Below are positions 26,478 to 41,390 of a stretch of DNA of 64,000 nt, in pieces (the stretch's first letter is position 1; each line of letters opens with the position of its first letter). The position numbers and the translations under genes were made by a program. This DNA is from Octopus vulgaris (taxonomy: Eukaryota). Below the pieces are notes generated by a model that was not told where the DNA came from, did no database searches, and was given only the letters and a program-made list of their open reading frames with translations. The DNA lies in NCBI GenBank assembly GCA_951406725.2, contig OX597815.1:135594001-135658000 (forward strand), given 5' to 3'.

Positions 26478-27009
26478 TTCTGCGCGTGCGTGAAGAACGT
26501 CCACTGATTAGAGAAAACGAAAGCAATTTTAATTTTGAAACATGTCCAACAATTTCGAGACGAATGTCTAAATCGATTACCGCGACCCCAGCACTCAACT
26601 GCTACCTATTTTATTGAACCTGAAAGAATGAAAGGCAAAGTTGACCTCGGTGGCGTATCTAAACTCAGAATGTGCAAATAGGAAATTAAAATAACGACAT
26701 TGGGAAATATATCAAGGGTGTCGCCGGTACAAAGAGTACAAAGCTAAGTGTTAGCTACCACACTTGAGTTGCTGATATTTTTCAATACAGTGAAATTAGT
26801 CTTAATGAGAGAAAAAGAACGCATAAGAGTTGATGAACACACACACACACACACACGAGCGCACACACGCACATTAGGTTAAATAAAATATATGTGTGTA
26901 TATGTGTATATGTATTTATATACACATATGAGTGTATGCACATGCGTGTATACGTATATACATGCACGTGTATATACATTTATATACATATAAATGGAAT
27001 TTTTTGAGC

Positions 27010-27398
27010 GGGGTGTAAGTCGATCACATCGACCCCTGTACTTGACTGGTACTTAATTTATCGACTCTGAAAGGACGGAAGGCAAAGTTGTTCTCGGCAG
27101 AATTTGAACTCAGAACGTAAAGACGGACGAAATGCCGCTAAGCATTTTGTCCGGCATGCAAATAGTAATGATGATTATAATAATAATCCTCTCTACTATA
27201 GGCACAAAGCCTGACATTTTGGGGAGAAGCATAGTCGATGACATCGACTCCAGTAATCAACTAGTACTTATTTTATCGACTACGAAAGGATGAAAAGCAA
27301 AGTCGACCTCGGCGGAATTTGAACTCAGAACGTTAGGACGGGTGAAATACCGTTTGGCATTTTGCCCGGCGTGCTAACGATTCTGCCCGCTCGCCGCC
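27010..27398 (-). mobile_element. Two adjacent SINE family B copies
   Basis: Core and head occur twice (27010-27160 and 27190-27398), with short TAA repeats between. Confidence 0.8.
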
Positions 27399-27874
27399 TT
27401 ATTAATGATAATAATGATAATAATAACAAACCTCCACTTACCAACGAACAACAAATACCACAAAATATTTTAATAGAAATTTGATTGCGGTTAGGTACAT
27501 TTCATATACAAAACAAACAAACAAAAATCTTTGTAAGTTCCATTATATATTACATTGCTTAACGACTACGTAATATAATTAATTCAAATTCTGCACCTGC
27601 TTGTAACAGTGCCAGTAGCAATAATTGCTCGCTTGATGTTAAATGTCTGCCGAAGACATTAATGTAATATGCTAAAGTACACCTGGAAATCAATTCTAAC
27701 CCAAGTAATATAATAAAAAAATAATGTAATGTATATAATATATATATATAATAAAATATTTTATATATATATGCACACACGCACACTCATATACAGATAA
27801 CTATATGAATACTCAAACAAATAAATATGTGTGTGTATATACACACATATACAAACACACACACGCAAACATGT

Positions 27875-27927
<53 letters not shown>

Positions 27928-27959
27928 TTCTTTATATATGTGTATACACATACACACAC

Positions 27960-28023
<64 letters not shown>

Positions 28024-28119
28024 ATGTATTTGTAAGAGTTAGAGTACAGATTTTGTTATTTTCTGTTAAAATAAAGTATATATATATATATATTTCTATA
28101 TATTTATACACACACACAC

Positions 28120-28199
<80 letters not shown>

Positions 28200-28427
28200 A
28201 TGTGTGTGCTTATATACAGGCGCAGGAATTACTGTGTAGTTAAGTTTGTTTTGCAATGAACTTGACTAAGCTTTGGCTTGAATTGTAATTCCTGTCATCT
28301 TGGACAAACATCTACATAGCCCCAGATCGATTAATGCCTTCTCATTCATTCATTATGCATACATACATACATACATACATACATACATACATACATACAT
28401 ACATACATACATACATACATACATACA

Positions 28428-28980
28428 TGGTGGCTGCTCCCTCGTTATCGTGTAAGGCCATTGCACGAAGTTTAATCAATGTTGTTATCGTGCAATGCCT
28501 GTGCAAGAATATTTCTTTTAAAGTGAGGAAAGGCTGTGCACTAAGTCAATCCCACTCACTAAGCAACAGCAGCCATAATCCGAAAAGAAGAACAAGTCAA
28601 CATCATCGGTAACCACTGAGCCGCAGGTTTTATTTCGGAGTTATCCCAGTTACCCTAGTTACCTTCTCCTAGAAGGATGTCCTAACAAAGGCTAGGAGTA
28701 CTTCACTCCCAATGGTTTAACCGCGCGATTGGGTATTCAGTCCGATTATTTCTATGTCCCCGCGCATGATACAGCCTTAAGACATTTATTGATGGCCGTT
28801 GACTCTCAAGAGTTCCTCCGCCCTTTGACGGGTTTTGTTTTTCATCCTGCAGGGTGACCAATAAACACCCTCCTCACCAAGCAAGCTTGGTGGGGTTGCC
28901 GGTTTAGTCGCCGACGACCCGACCATGCAACAGGTTGTACTGGGTTACATGTTACCAGTAGCACTCGAAAGTGACCTGAC
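28428..28980 (-). mobile_element. Non-coding retroposon-like element of about 550 bp inside (CATA)n
   Basis: Higher-GC unique block bounded on both sides by (CATA)n. The minus-strand motif CTAGGAGAAGGTAAC...CTCCGAAATAAAACC resembles RTE-type 5' UTRs (recalled, not searched). Confidence 0.55.
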
Positions 28981-29963
28981 ATACATATATACATACATAC
29001 ATGCGTGCATACATACATACATACATACATACATACATACATACATACATACATACATACATACATACTTACATACCTACCTACCTACCTAGCTACCTAC
29101 CAACCTACCTACCTACATACATACATACATACATACATACATACATACATACATACATACATACATACATACATACATGCATGCATACATATATACATAT
29201 ATACCTACATACATACATGCGTACTTACGTAGGTACGTACATACATACATACTCAGGTCCATACATATATGACGGAGCCTTAAAAAGATGGAAGAAGACC
29301 AAGATGACAGTCTTCAGATACTTCTTCTACGAGACTTCACCCTCCCTAATATCAAATGGCCTGAGCGCCGCAAACCCTCAGGTACGCCACGGCATGAGCG
29401 GAAGCAGAAAGAATCACTCTGCTTGACCTAACAAACATGCTTGATTTTTTTTTATTTCAAGAACTACGACCGAAGCAGCTGAACCTCGCCGTGTCCACCA
29501 AATTCTTAGATCCTGGCGCGAAAGAATAGTACAGAAGTTGCTACTGGAACTAATACAGAGACGTCCACAATCTCAGACACACACACACACATGTACATGC
29601 ATACATATACATTCATATTCACGCATACACACGCACACATATAGATATAAATACATACGCTGTATTTGAGGAACTGGGTAGAATGATAATAAATGTGCAA
29701 TTGAAACACTTTTATTAAATTACAAACAAACATTGAAGATGGCCAATAATCCATTTAGATATTTTTAGAATTGATATAAAATATTATTTATGGCATGGCT
29801 TATTTCCGTTTTCTGATAATATAGTACTAGACTCGTTCACGCAAAGATACGCATAAGAAATTATACATGATTATTCTCGAGTGTGCATTGTCTGGGACAG
29901 TGCGTGTGTCTACGTGCGCGCGCAAGTGTGTTTGCGTATGTGTGTGTGTGTGTGTGTATGTGC

Positions 29964-29998
<35 letters not shown>

Positions 29999-30236
29999 AG
30001 AGAAAGAGAGAGTGAGTGAAAGAGAGAAAGTGAAGGAATGGGGTAATGTATGTAAACTTCGGTTAACCATCATACGGCTCTAGATTTTCCTTACGATGAC
30101 GTCATCTAGATCCAAGTCTGAGTTAAGATGAGTAAAAGGAAGTGTGTGGAAACTCATTGTGAGTACGGAGGTTGTAATTCAAAACACAACCTTATCTAAG
30201 GCGATCACGTAAGTAATTTCAATCAAGTAGACATTT

Positions 30237-31205
30237 CTATGGACACTGGGCTAGGTTTCTTAGTTTGGTGATACCACCCTTTCTCTCACTAACGGTGGAA
30301 GCTCTGAAAAGGGTAATAAGCACTGCTATATCCACAATGAGTAAGCAATAAAAAAATGTATGGTTTCCTACACTTAACCGTTTCTATTTGGAATAAGGAG
30401 ACAATAACATCAGCCAAATCCCTCTAAAATCGGATAAAACATCTTAAAAGCGAACGATACATTGCCTATTGTAGTCATATATAAGTGGATATTGCTACCT
30501 TGAGTCCTAGGACTTGTAGAGCCGATTACTTGGTTTCCATGGCGTATGAGTGACCGGCCCAGCAATAATTCCTCTGAACGAAACGCCATCGCAGTATCAT
30601 TATTTAAATTTCTAGTAATATAGATTTCATTGCACTACTTCGAAAATAGGCTCCTTAATCTCGATTGATGCGGCTCATCTACCAGAACCTACTTTGCGAC
30701 AGAGAACGCTGTTGAATCGCTCTCAAAATGCTTCCACAACTGAAGCACGTTCTTCAGAATACGGAGTTCAGGAATTCGATCGTGAAGTTTAGGACGGGAT
30801 GAACAAGTTGGGAGAACAAGTCATAACAGCTGGATACTATCTAGGAGAAATAAACGTATAAAAGTTCAAGTTCATGTAAATGGTTGGAGCTGTCTATGGA
30901 ACAAATTTCGACATATGAATGTAGTGGGGAGCTTTAAGCTGTCTGTATCACTCGTGATTACGTTAGTATGGTCACAACCTTAGAAAGGTCAGAAGGTTGA
31001 AGAAAGCATACTTCTAAAAATACCATTGTGTATAACAACCAAACGAGATAACGATAAAGAATCTGCAGCGTCATTTGACCTGAGAGAGATAATAAAGAAG
31101 ACCTTAAAATCACGCCCTACGTTTAGAGTTGAACAATATTATCCAGATCACGTCTGCTCAATCAGGGTCCACAAAAAGGTAAAAATCACACACACACACA
31201 CACAC

Positions 31206-31301
<96 letters not shown>

Positions 31302-31617
31302 AAACGCACATACACACAAGCACATACACACACTTGAAGAAATCTCCAATACATAACCAAACTCGACAGAATATTTTAGTGCCAGACATAAAACAAAGAA
31401 ATAACTTAGTCACAAATACAGCTGCTAGAAACAGTTAATACCCTGCTGATGTTATTGTCTCTTTATGCCAAATAGAAACGGTTAAGTGTCGGCAACCATA
31501 CATTTTCTTTATTGCATAGTGATATAGCAGTGCTCATGACCCTTTTCAGAGCTTCCACCGTTAGTGAGAGAAAGGGTGGTATCACCAAACTAAGAAACCT
31601 AGCCCAGTGTCCATAGG
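30237..31617. repeat. Long-range inverted repeat: arms of about 175 bp (30237-30413 and 31445-31617) around a 1-kb spacer
   Basis: The outer 78 bp are exact reverse complements; the inner 95 bp or so are diverged. Confidence 0.9.
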
Positions 31618-32709
31618 AATGATACCCTGCCACCTAAAGTATGATACATGTTACATTCTAATAAATAAACATAAATAAATTAAATATCTCGACAGCATGG
31701 TTCAGATGGAATATTTTTGATTGAGCAGGGAGGACCTGGTGCTACGAGAGAACAAGGATTACTCATAAGTCATTATATCTACCAGGTGATTTTTTGCAAT
31801 TTCTGTCTACTCAATTTCTCCCATGAGGTCATAGAAAATGACTTTCGCCTAATATGCCATGCAAGGGTTTTGAACTCGGAACCTTATGGCTGTGAAGCAA
31901 ACATTCGGACATACTGCTTCTAACACAAAATTAGAATGTGAGTGAGTGTGTGGTGTGTGTATGTGTATATGTGCATGCGTTCGGTAAACGAATAAACTGC
32001 TGTTGTCATTTATATCCATTTCTGATAGACCGATAGATTGACCATTGGTCAAAGAATAATTTATTTTGGATATCCTGAAGAAAAAAAAAATTATATGACA
32101 TCTTTTTAAAAAAAGAAGTAGGTTACGAATTGAGGATGATATGACTGCTATTTCTTGAAGATGCTACCCTGATATTACGCCAAAAAAACCCCAAAAAACA
32201 GAAAGAGAAAGAATCTATATTTCGTATCAATTTATCATCGAAATTCTACCTCGCTGTGGCTTAAGGCGAGACATACATATCTGTTGATTTGCTATATCTC
32301 GACAACATTGCATCAGTTTGATTCCATATCTCTTAGTACTACGTCATGTATGTTGTGTTTGTATAGAATCGATGTACAATGCGGTACGTCTAGACCTCTA
32401 GACTGAACTTATGTCTCAATTTCAGTCTTTCCTACTCGGATGTTTTTGTATCGCAGTTCGTACAGAAACATTCAGTACATTCAGGACACACGCACGCGCG
32501 CACCTACGTATAAGAAGATGGATCTTGCTTCTTCTCAATTGTGAAATTTCAAGAATAAAAACAGAGAAGACAAATGGTATCATACATGCATTTGTGCATA
32601 TCCTGGGTACTATGTAAACAAGAGATTTCCATTAAAGTTAAGAAATACTGTGTTTTCCTAGAACAAAGCAAAGTAACTCACTTCCTTCAAATCCATTAAG
32701 TTAATGGTA

Positions 32710-33100
32710 CAGCGTGGCTGAGTGATAAGAAGCTTGCTTTCCAACCACGTGGTTCCGGGTTCAGTCCCATTGCGTGACACTTTCGGCAAGTGTCATCCCC
32801 TATAGTATCGGGCGGACCAAAGCCTTGTGAGTGGATTTAGTAGATGGAAACTGAAAGAAGCTCGTCATGTATATGTCTGTGTGTATGTGTGTGTATGTTT
32901 GTGTGTGTCCCTCACCACCGCTTGACAACCGATGTTAGTGTTTACGTTCCCGTAATCCAGCGGTTTGGCAAAAAGAGACGGATAAAATAAGTTCTTGGCT
33001 TAAAAATAAGTCCTGGTGTTGATTTGTTCGAGCAAAATCCTTTGAGGCAGTGCTCCAGCATGACCGCAGTCATATGGCTGAAGCAATTAAAAGAAAAGCT
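32710..33100 (+). mobile_element. SINE family A
   Basis: Head CGTGGCTGAGTGATAAG...GGTTCAGTCCC plus the family body. Confidence 0.8.
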
Positions 33101-33103
33101 AAA

Positions 33104-33154
<51 letters not shown>

Positions 33155-33351
33155 AATACAAAGAAATTGGTTAAACTCGTTACCAGACGTAATATGGAAA
33201 CTCGGAGCTTTATGGATCGCATTGGACAATTCTGAACAGCAAATCTTCCTGTAGTAAGTATATCTTGAGTAAGTCACCTTGATAGAGACCGTTCTTGCCG
33301 CTATACTTATTTACTGAGTTCAAATTAAGGAAACTTATCGAAAAGGCACAT

Positions 33352-33752
33352 TCTTCTCTATTCTAGGTACAAGGCCCGAAATTTTTGGGAAGGGGGGCAG
33401 TCGATTAGATCAGCTCCAGTATGCAACTGGTACTTATCTAATCGACTCCGAAAGGATGAAAGGCAAAGTCAACCTCGGCGGGATTTGAACTCAGAACGTA
33501 AAGACAGACGAAATACCTATTTCTTAACTACCCACAAGGGGCTAAACACAGAGAGGACAAACAAGGACAGACAAATGGATTAAGTCGATTATATCGACCC
33601 CAGTGCGTAACTGGTACTTATCTAATCGACTCCGAAAGGATGAAAGGCAAAGTCAACCTCGGTGGGATTTGAACTCAGAACGTAAAGACAGACGAAATAC
33701 CGCTAAGCATTTCACCCGGCGTGCTTAACGTTTCTGCCAGAGCTCGCTGCCT
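33352..33752 (-). mobile_element. SINE family B, tandem dimer
   Basis: The core unit is repeated twice with a single head. Confidence 0.85.
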
Positions 33753-34273
33753 TAATCGAAAAGGCACATTGTTAACAGAAATAATGAAAGCGTGACTGAC
33801 AGAGTTGCTGATAGAATAGCAGGTCCGCCCTGATCGAATAGACCCATGATTAATTGCAACCCCATCATAAATATTTCGATTTTTATTTATACATAATGTA
33901 TACAGGAGTACTTCATCGAACGCTACCTTTCTTTATTTAAAGTGAGAGTAGGGTGTGATCTGAAGGAAAAATGATTGCTATTCCTTGCATATCAAGTGAC
34001 CATATATAAGTAGCTTCATCGTCAGAGCTGATACAGTTGCAGAGCATCGAATTTAATATAGGTAGGTTGTTTCTTGCAATCAGCACTGTACTGTCTTCTT
34101 GAACAATTCAATAACTTCTAAAGAAACCCAGACTTCTTTCGTGTAAATATGTAAGAATAACAAAGTAGGAAACTCGTACGATTGTTAACAAGAGAAGCTG
34201 TGGGAAATTGATGACGGTGTCTTTTGTTTGCAATGCTTAGCTCGAGAGAAAGAGATAGATGGTTTGATAGAGC

Positions 34274-34356
<83 letters not shown>

Positions 34357-34573
34357 TAAGAGAGCAGAGTGAAAAGGAGAGAGAGAAAAACCGAGAGAAG
34401 AAGAGTGAGAAAAAGACCGAGAGAGGCAGGGGAGAGAGAGATAGAGAGACCAAAATAGGTGGGGAGAGACCGAGAGAGGCAAGGAGAAAAGGAGAGAGAC
34501 ATGTAGGGAGAGGGGAACGAGAAGTAGAGAGAAATTGAGCGAGAGAGAAAGAGAGGCGGAAGAAGAGGAGGAA

Positions 34574-34658
<85 letters not shown>

Positions 34659-35451
34659 TTATCAGCTTAGGTAGTTGCGTAAGTTGTATAGCTTCGAATG
34701 AGAAGAGTTTTATGTGTCCTCAAGATGTACGAAATGGAAACTGAGTGCTCAGCCGCGGTGACCGAGCAGTTGAGGCTTGGCCGTGGTGTCTAAGCCGTAC
34801 CAAAAGTGCTGTAGAACTACGATTCACTGGGTTACGATACTTATCAAGCACGAAATTTTTACATTTGTGAGGTTTTAGGTTTGAATGTGTCTGAGAATAA
34901 TCCACATTTACCAAGTTGTTACCTTTAGTTTGGAGACAGTTAAGCAACCCCGACTCCACAGAAAAAAAAAAAAAAAAACGAAAAAAAGAAAAACAAAAAA
35001 AAACGAAAACAAGGAACCCAGGTGACTACAAAATGGAAATAATAAATCAAACGGAAAAAAATCCATAAATGCTAAAATAAAAGAAAAAGAAACAAAATTA
35101 CATTCGTGTGACACTTGGAACTGCTCTGTACTTTAAAAAGACAAACGGAGATAACGTAATGCGGTTAAGTTGATGTCATTAGATAATGCATGGGTATGTT
35201 TCTGTTGTCGATGAACATGGTAACAAGAGATGATATTTGTAAATGTGTAATTGTGTCTATCCGTAATTGTTTCTCTTTGACACAACATCGCCGGTTAAAA
35301 GAATATCGCTGTTGATAAAAATTGCCAGTCTAAGTAATTAATAATATTGAAAGACTAAGTATGTAACAAACTGGAGTGACTATGGTGAAATAAAAAGTAT
35401 TAAAAGTGTTGCATCAGCATGTCCACAGTTTATGAAACTGGTCTTAGATTG

Positions 35452-35835
35452 TGGAAGCACTCCGTCGGTTACAACGACGAGGGTTCCGGTTGATCCGAAT
35501 CAACGGAACAGCCTACTCGTGAAATTAACGTGTAAGTGGCTGAGCACTCCACAGACACGTGTACCCTTAACGTAGTTCTCGGGGATATTCAGCGTGACAC
35601 AGAGAGTGACAAGGCCGGCCCTTTGAAATACAGCTACAACAGAAACAGGAAGTAAGAGTGAGAGAAAGTTGTGGTGAAAGAGTACAGCAGGGATCAACAC
35701 CATCCCCTGCCGGAGCCTCGTAGAGATTTAGGTGTTTTCGCTCAATAAACACTCACAACGCCCGGTCTGGGAATCGAACCCCGATCCTATGACCGCGAGT
35801 CCGCTGCCCTAACCACTGGGCCATTGCGCCTCCAC
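35452..35835 (-). mobile_element. SINE family C with an alternative 3' part
   Basis: Same head as 18586, but the sequence after the body differs. Confidence 0.8.
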
Positions 35836-35937
35836 GGTCATAGATTAACGGAATAAAGAATATATGCGTGAATGCATTGTATATCTACTCATCCATCCAT
35901 CCATCCAGCCAGCCAGCCAGCTCCCCACCCCACGAAT

Positions 35938-35969
<32 letters not shown>

Positions 35970-36405
35970 TTATGCAAACTCTCACACAAAGATTTATGGC
36001 GGACAAATGAAAGACGAGTGCTCAATACATGCTGTAGAGGATATGATTTTTGTTTAAGCTGAACGGCGTGAAACTCGCGTCGCGAGACAAGTCATTGTTA
36101 ATGTATGTGTGTATACGCGCGCGTACACACACACACGCGCGCGCGCATGTAACCCAAGACGAAACAACATAGAAAGAAATTGTTTACTCTTATCCGTGGT
36201 GTGAGTAATTTCACATCATATTTTCCTGTCTTGTATTATTTACCCGTAATCCAGCTCCGTTATAGCGAGGAAACCTCTAATTTGAAATAATTATTATGAC
36301 ACGAATTCTCTTCCTAGGCACTTGTTTTAGAATGTAATGAAACATATGGAGTGCTAACTCAATTGTCATATATCATGCAGTGTATTAGTCAGTTTATATA
36401 TATTA

Positions 36406-36488
<83 letters not shown>

Positions 36489-36967
36489 TGTGATACTGCA
36501 CCAGAACCGAACTAGCAAGCGTGCATGGTTTCGCAGCATGTGCCATGCTTTCACAAATTATTTTAGGGCTTATGTAATTGCGAGCAGACACAGAATCTTT
36601 CGGTCCTCCTAAATTTTGACGCAGTGGAATATCGAAAAGGTGACACCTGGGGAAGAGTGCGCGCTGCACCAGCATCAGATTAGCAGCCTTCTATATATAT
36701 ATTTGCAGTTTGGCTGAATGGCGAAGAAGTTCACTTCGCAGCGACGAACTCTCTGGTTGGATGCCACTATCGAACATTTTGGGAAAATGTTATTTTCTAC
36801 AGGTTCGGGTCCTCGATCTATACCTAGTGAGTGAAACTGGGTAGATGGAAACTGTATAGAAACCCGTCAGGTGGATTTTATTTATAATTCGAAAGTTCAG
36901 CTTAGTCACATACTGTGTCCTGCTGATTCTGCCTGAGAATAAGGTTAAGTGTATGAATGAATGTAGA

Positions 36968-37380
36968 AGGCGGCGAACTGGTAGAAACGTTAAGCACGCC
37001 CGGCGAAATGCTTAGCGGTATTTCATTTGCCGCTTCGTTCTGAGTTCAAATTCGGCCGAGGTCGACTTTGCTTTTCATCGGGGTCGATAAATTAAGTACC
37101 AGTTACGCACTGGGGTCGATGTAATCGACTTAATCTTTTTGTCTGTCCTTGTTTGTCCTCTCTGTGTTTAGGCCCTTGTAGGTAGTAAAGAAATAGGTAT
37201 TTCGTCTGCTGTTATGTTCTGAGTTCAAATTCCACCGAGGTCGACTTTGCCTTTCATCCTTTCAGGGTCGATAAATTAAGTACCAGTTACGCACTGGCGT
37301 CGATGTAATCGACTTAATCCCTTTGTCTGTCCTTGTTTGTCCCCTCTATGTTTAGCCCCTTGTGGGTAATAAAGAAATAA
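36968..37380 (+). mobile_element. SINE family B, tandem dimer
   Basis: Head plus two core units joined at GAAATAGGTATTTCG. Confidence 0.85.
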
Positions 37381-37459
37381 CTTATCCTCTTATGCGTTAA
37401 TTTACTTGATTGAACAACTGAATCCTAATCGTCAAATGATTAAGGTCCAACAATATATG

Positions 37460-37490
<31 letters not shown>

Positions 37491-37739
37491 ATAAATGTTC
37501 CAAGTTTTGTAAGCCGTAGAATATTATTGCGGACAAACGCGTACTACTTACAGGCTCCTCACAGTATGCATCTTAGGCAATCTTTGGCACCTAAGTTTAG
37601 CCCAAAGCCTTCTGTGAAGGAAGGCGGATACAGGTGCTGTAAAAACCTAAGCTCCTGATGGATGGAAACCGTGACTCTGAGAAAGCAGTGCAACTAAGCA
37701 AGGGCAATATGTAATTGCAAGTCTCTATCCCCTTCTGCC

Positions 37740-38030
37740 ATAAGTATCTATTTGCAAGGGTTTGTTGGAGGGAGAGATGTCATTTGCAGGATTGAACTCT
37801 GAACACAACTCCAAAGTTGGAGTCTCTAATGCAGCCCGTTATTCTTTTCCAGTTTGTTTTGGAAATATTTACAACAGGTTCCTAGTTGTTACTGAGCTTG
37901 CTCATCCTAAGGACAACATCGTTGGCGTAGATAGTGTAAATATTCTGCATGGAAAATTGCAGCTACGGCTTTCATTTAAGGTTATGTCCAAGAGAAAAAT
38001 GTCATCGGTGAAATTCACTTCACAAAACGG
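37740..38030 (-). pseudogene. Possible highly degenerate non-LTR reverse transcriptase remnant
   Basis: Minus-strand fragments ISPMTFF (SPxLF-like), IYANDVVL (YADD-like) and EFNPA (FNxxK-like) occur in order. Confidence 0.35.
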
Positions 38031-38379
38031 ATAAAAGTTACGCTTCTGGTAAGAGAACAGAAGGTCGACCGAGTTTATGCTTTGAAGATGTCTACACAAG
38101 AGAACAAATTTCATTTTAGCTGGAATTAGATGGGGTATATAACGAGATAAAAATTAGACATGCTTTTGAAGAAAATTGCACTTACCAACTACATCAACAT
38201 GATATTGGTAAACAATGTCTTCAAGTGTAATTCATAATATGGAGGACTGTTACTCAAATGTAGGCCTCTGTAGATGTAGCAGTCGCTGCTATATCAAAAT
38301 GTCCAAGCGCAGATCCATAGACTTGTGAGATATACGTTTGCATCACTGAATACATATGTATGTATGTACACACACACAC

Positions 38380-38446
<67 letters not shown>

Positions 38447-38469
38447 TACACACATACACCCCCACCCCC

Positions 38470-38507
<38 letters not shown>

Positions 38508-38728
38508 CTAGCACATGAACCTACATACAGGCTTACACGGATATATACAAAACAAATGTATGAGTATATGTGGATATTTGCTTGAAGTGGGGCGTCATGT
38601 GTGCAACATTAAATGTACATCGATTAATATATTTATGATATGTACAAAAATACGAGAAAATCTTATTAGCTTCGTGTGTAATGTTGGTGTAAATATGTAA
38701 GCCACGTCTATGCAGTTATTTGATTGTG

Positions 38729-38772
<44 letters not shown>

Positions 38773-39450
38773 TGTGTGAGAAAGTGCAGGGCGTGTCCAT
38801 GTGAATGACTATAAACGACTATGTAGTTGTGTGTGTAACGGTGTATGAACAAGATTAAATAACTAAAACTAAATAAATGTAATTAAGAGGAGATCAAATG
38901 CTACAAGAAGAGTAATTACTGGTATGCACACGCACGCACACTCACAGATTACCGCACACAACTTCACACAAACATAGACACATACACATCATATATGGTT
39001 AAAGACTCTTACACGCGTACATAAAAGTCACGTTTATTTACCATCGCATATTACATATAAATAATCAACAAACTGGCTTTTGCTCTATACTGATGACACG
39101 CAAAATACACAAACAAACTGTCTAAGAAGGAATATCAGATATACAGTTTGGACTGTATAAACAACACGTTTTTATTTGTCTATTCGAAGAGAAAAGTAGC
39201 TTTTGCAATTTTCTCCTTTATACGAAAGGTAGGTGAACGAATGGATAACATGGCAAAAATGGCTGAAGCAATGAATAAGAAATGGACAAAACTGTACCAG
39301 ACATAATGAGAAGATTTCAATGGCATAACTTTAATTGCAGCATGTGGTATCATGAGCGAGCCGTTCTGAATCCATACTATACAGAAAGTACATGCATTTG
39401 TAATCTTCCTTTCATCATCATACTGAAAATGAAGGAATTTCTAGAACACA

Positions 39451-39500
<50 letters not shown>

Positions 39501-39627
39501 ATATTGAAGGCACGGAGTATATGCCCTATGGTCGTAACTTCAACCGTGTTCTTTCTGTTGTGATTTTGCTACCCAGGTATCGGTTATCTTTCGAATTATC
39601 CGTAGTAAGATAATTCATTTATCTACT

Positions 39628-39707
<80 letters not shown>

Positions 39708-40010
39708 ATGGATGTTGTGTAAGTAAAATTGCATTTACATTAATAATGAAACAATTGTTCAGGGTTAATCTATTTTTTTCGTTATTTTTCACTTGCCCCA
39801 CGTTAAATGTTGTGTTATTTCTCCTTGGAAACAATTTTTTAGTAGCTATACCATAGTGGATCTATTTTTAGCACTAGAGTAGACCACATAGTGGTCACTC
39901 GCTCATATTTATGTATAAATTTGTATTGTATCCCTGGTTTTTATGTGCTAAGCCACTTGGTGTTAAATTGATGGTATTATTAAATTAATATCAAATTTTT
40001 CACCCTCATT

Positions 40011-40066
<56 letters not shown>

Positions 40067-41049
40067 AAACACACACGCATACGTATATAGTTTTACATAT
40101 GCGAAGACATCGATACATGGACCATTGTATATCTATACACATTGATCTGTATATATAGATTATGTATATGCGCGCATATATGCTTCCATAACTACACAGT
40201 GTTCTATCGTCCGGTAAAAGTGCGTTGTTTCATTATGTTAGAAGCCGACTCTTCACCATTGGTGAGAAATTTGAAAAATATAACCAGGAAAACATGCAGA
40301 CACATTAATGTGTGCGTGCGTGCGTGCATGTGTATGTGTGCGTGTGTGTGTGTGTATGTGTATGTGTGTGTATAAACAAAATCCATAGTTGTTTCTTGTA
40401 AGTGATTATGGCCCTCTAGTATATTACATAATCTTGCTAATTGTTTTTGGTGCCTGTGTAATCACGAGCTGACATTTATCTCAGTTCTCCTACTCGTTCA
40501 CCCAGAAGGAAATCGATGATATGATTGTTGGAGGAAGAGAATGTTACACCAAGACTGGGCCGATATGCATTTTCGGCTGAGTAAACTGGAGTAACCTGAA
40601 GCGAATCGTCTTTCTCAAGGGTACAACGTACCACTCAGTCCAGAAATGGAACCCACGTCCCTATGATTGCGAGACAAACAATCCAATCGCAAGTTCAAGC
40701 GCTTTCTCTCTCTCTCACACTCACTTTTATGCAGCTGGCTTCCACTTCGTCACTAAGCAGAATTTCCCGCTCTTCAAGTTTTCGCGAGCAAAGAATTTGA
40801 AAATATCATGATGAGGTTAGCACTTGATGTTTTACATATCAGACACGTTATCAGTGGTCACGAGTTTCGTGACCATGATAGGATTCCATGTAGTGGGAGA
40901 CTACTCCCAATATTTTTGGCAGTTTTATTTTTAATTTTCAGGGGAAATTACTCTAAATACCTATTTTTTAAGGGGGAATAACTCCACATATTCCCAATAA
41001 TATTCCGGGTATCATAATGTTCGCGTATGGATTTCACATGAACCCAGCA

Positions 41050-41390
41050 ATTGGATGTACTTGATTTTGTCCCTTGGAAACATTCCGAGGATGTCACCTC
41101 TTCTTTTGAAGGTATTGGCTGATATGATTAGTATTATGTACTTTTCTGCGATACATAAATTACTTCCATTATTCCTGTTTGTATGTCGTGATAATTTTAT
41201 TGTTGCCTCTCTGTCTAATTTACATGGAACTTGCTTACTATTTCTGTGTTTACATTTATTGCAACTTTTAGATTAAAACTTTCGAATATGATATTTTTCT
41301 GAGTATATCTTTATAATGGCCGTTCAAGTTATAGTTTTCTTTTAGCCCGTCATCTCTATATAGCTCTAAGTTTGTAGATTGTGAACTGTA
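41050..41390 (-). pseudogene. Penelope-like element fragment (RT catalytic motif fused to C-terminal region)
   Basis: NLELYRDDGL..NG..IFESFNLKVAINVN matches the PLE LYRDDGL motif. It is followed by NLCIAEKYIIL..KRRG, resembling the CxLCxxEK..LNKR segment after GIY-YIG. Confidence 0.6.
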
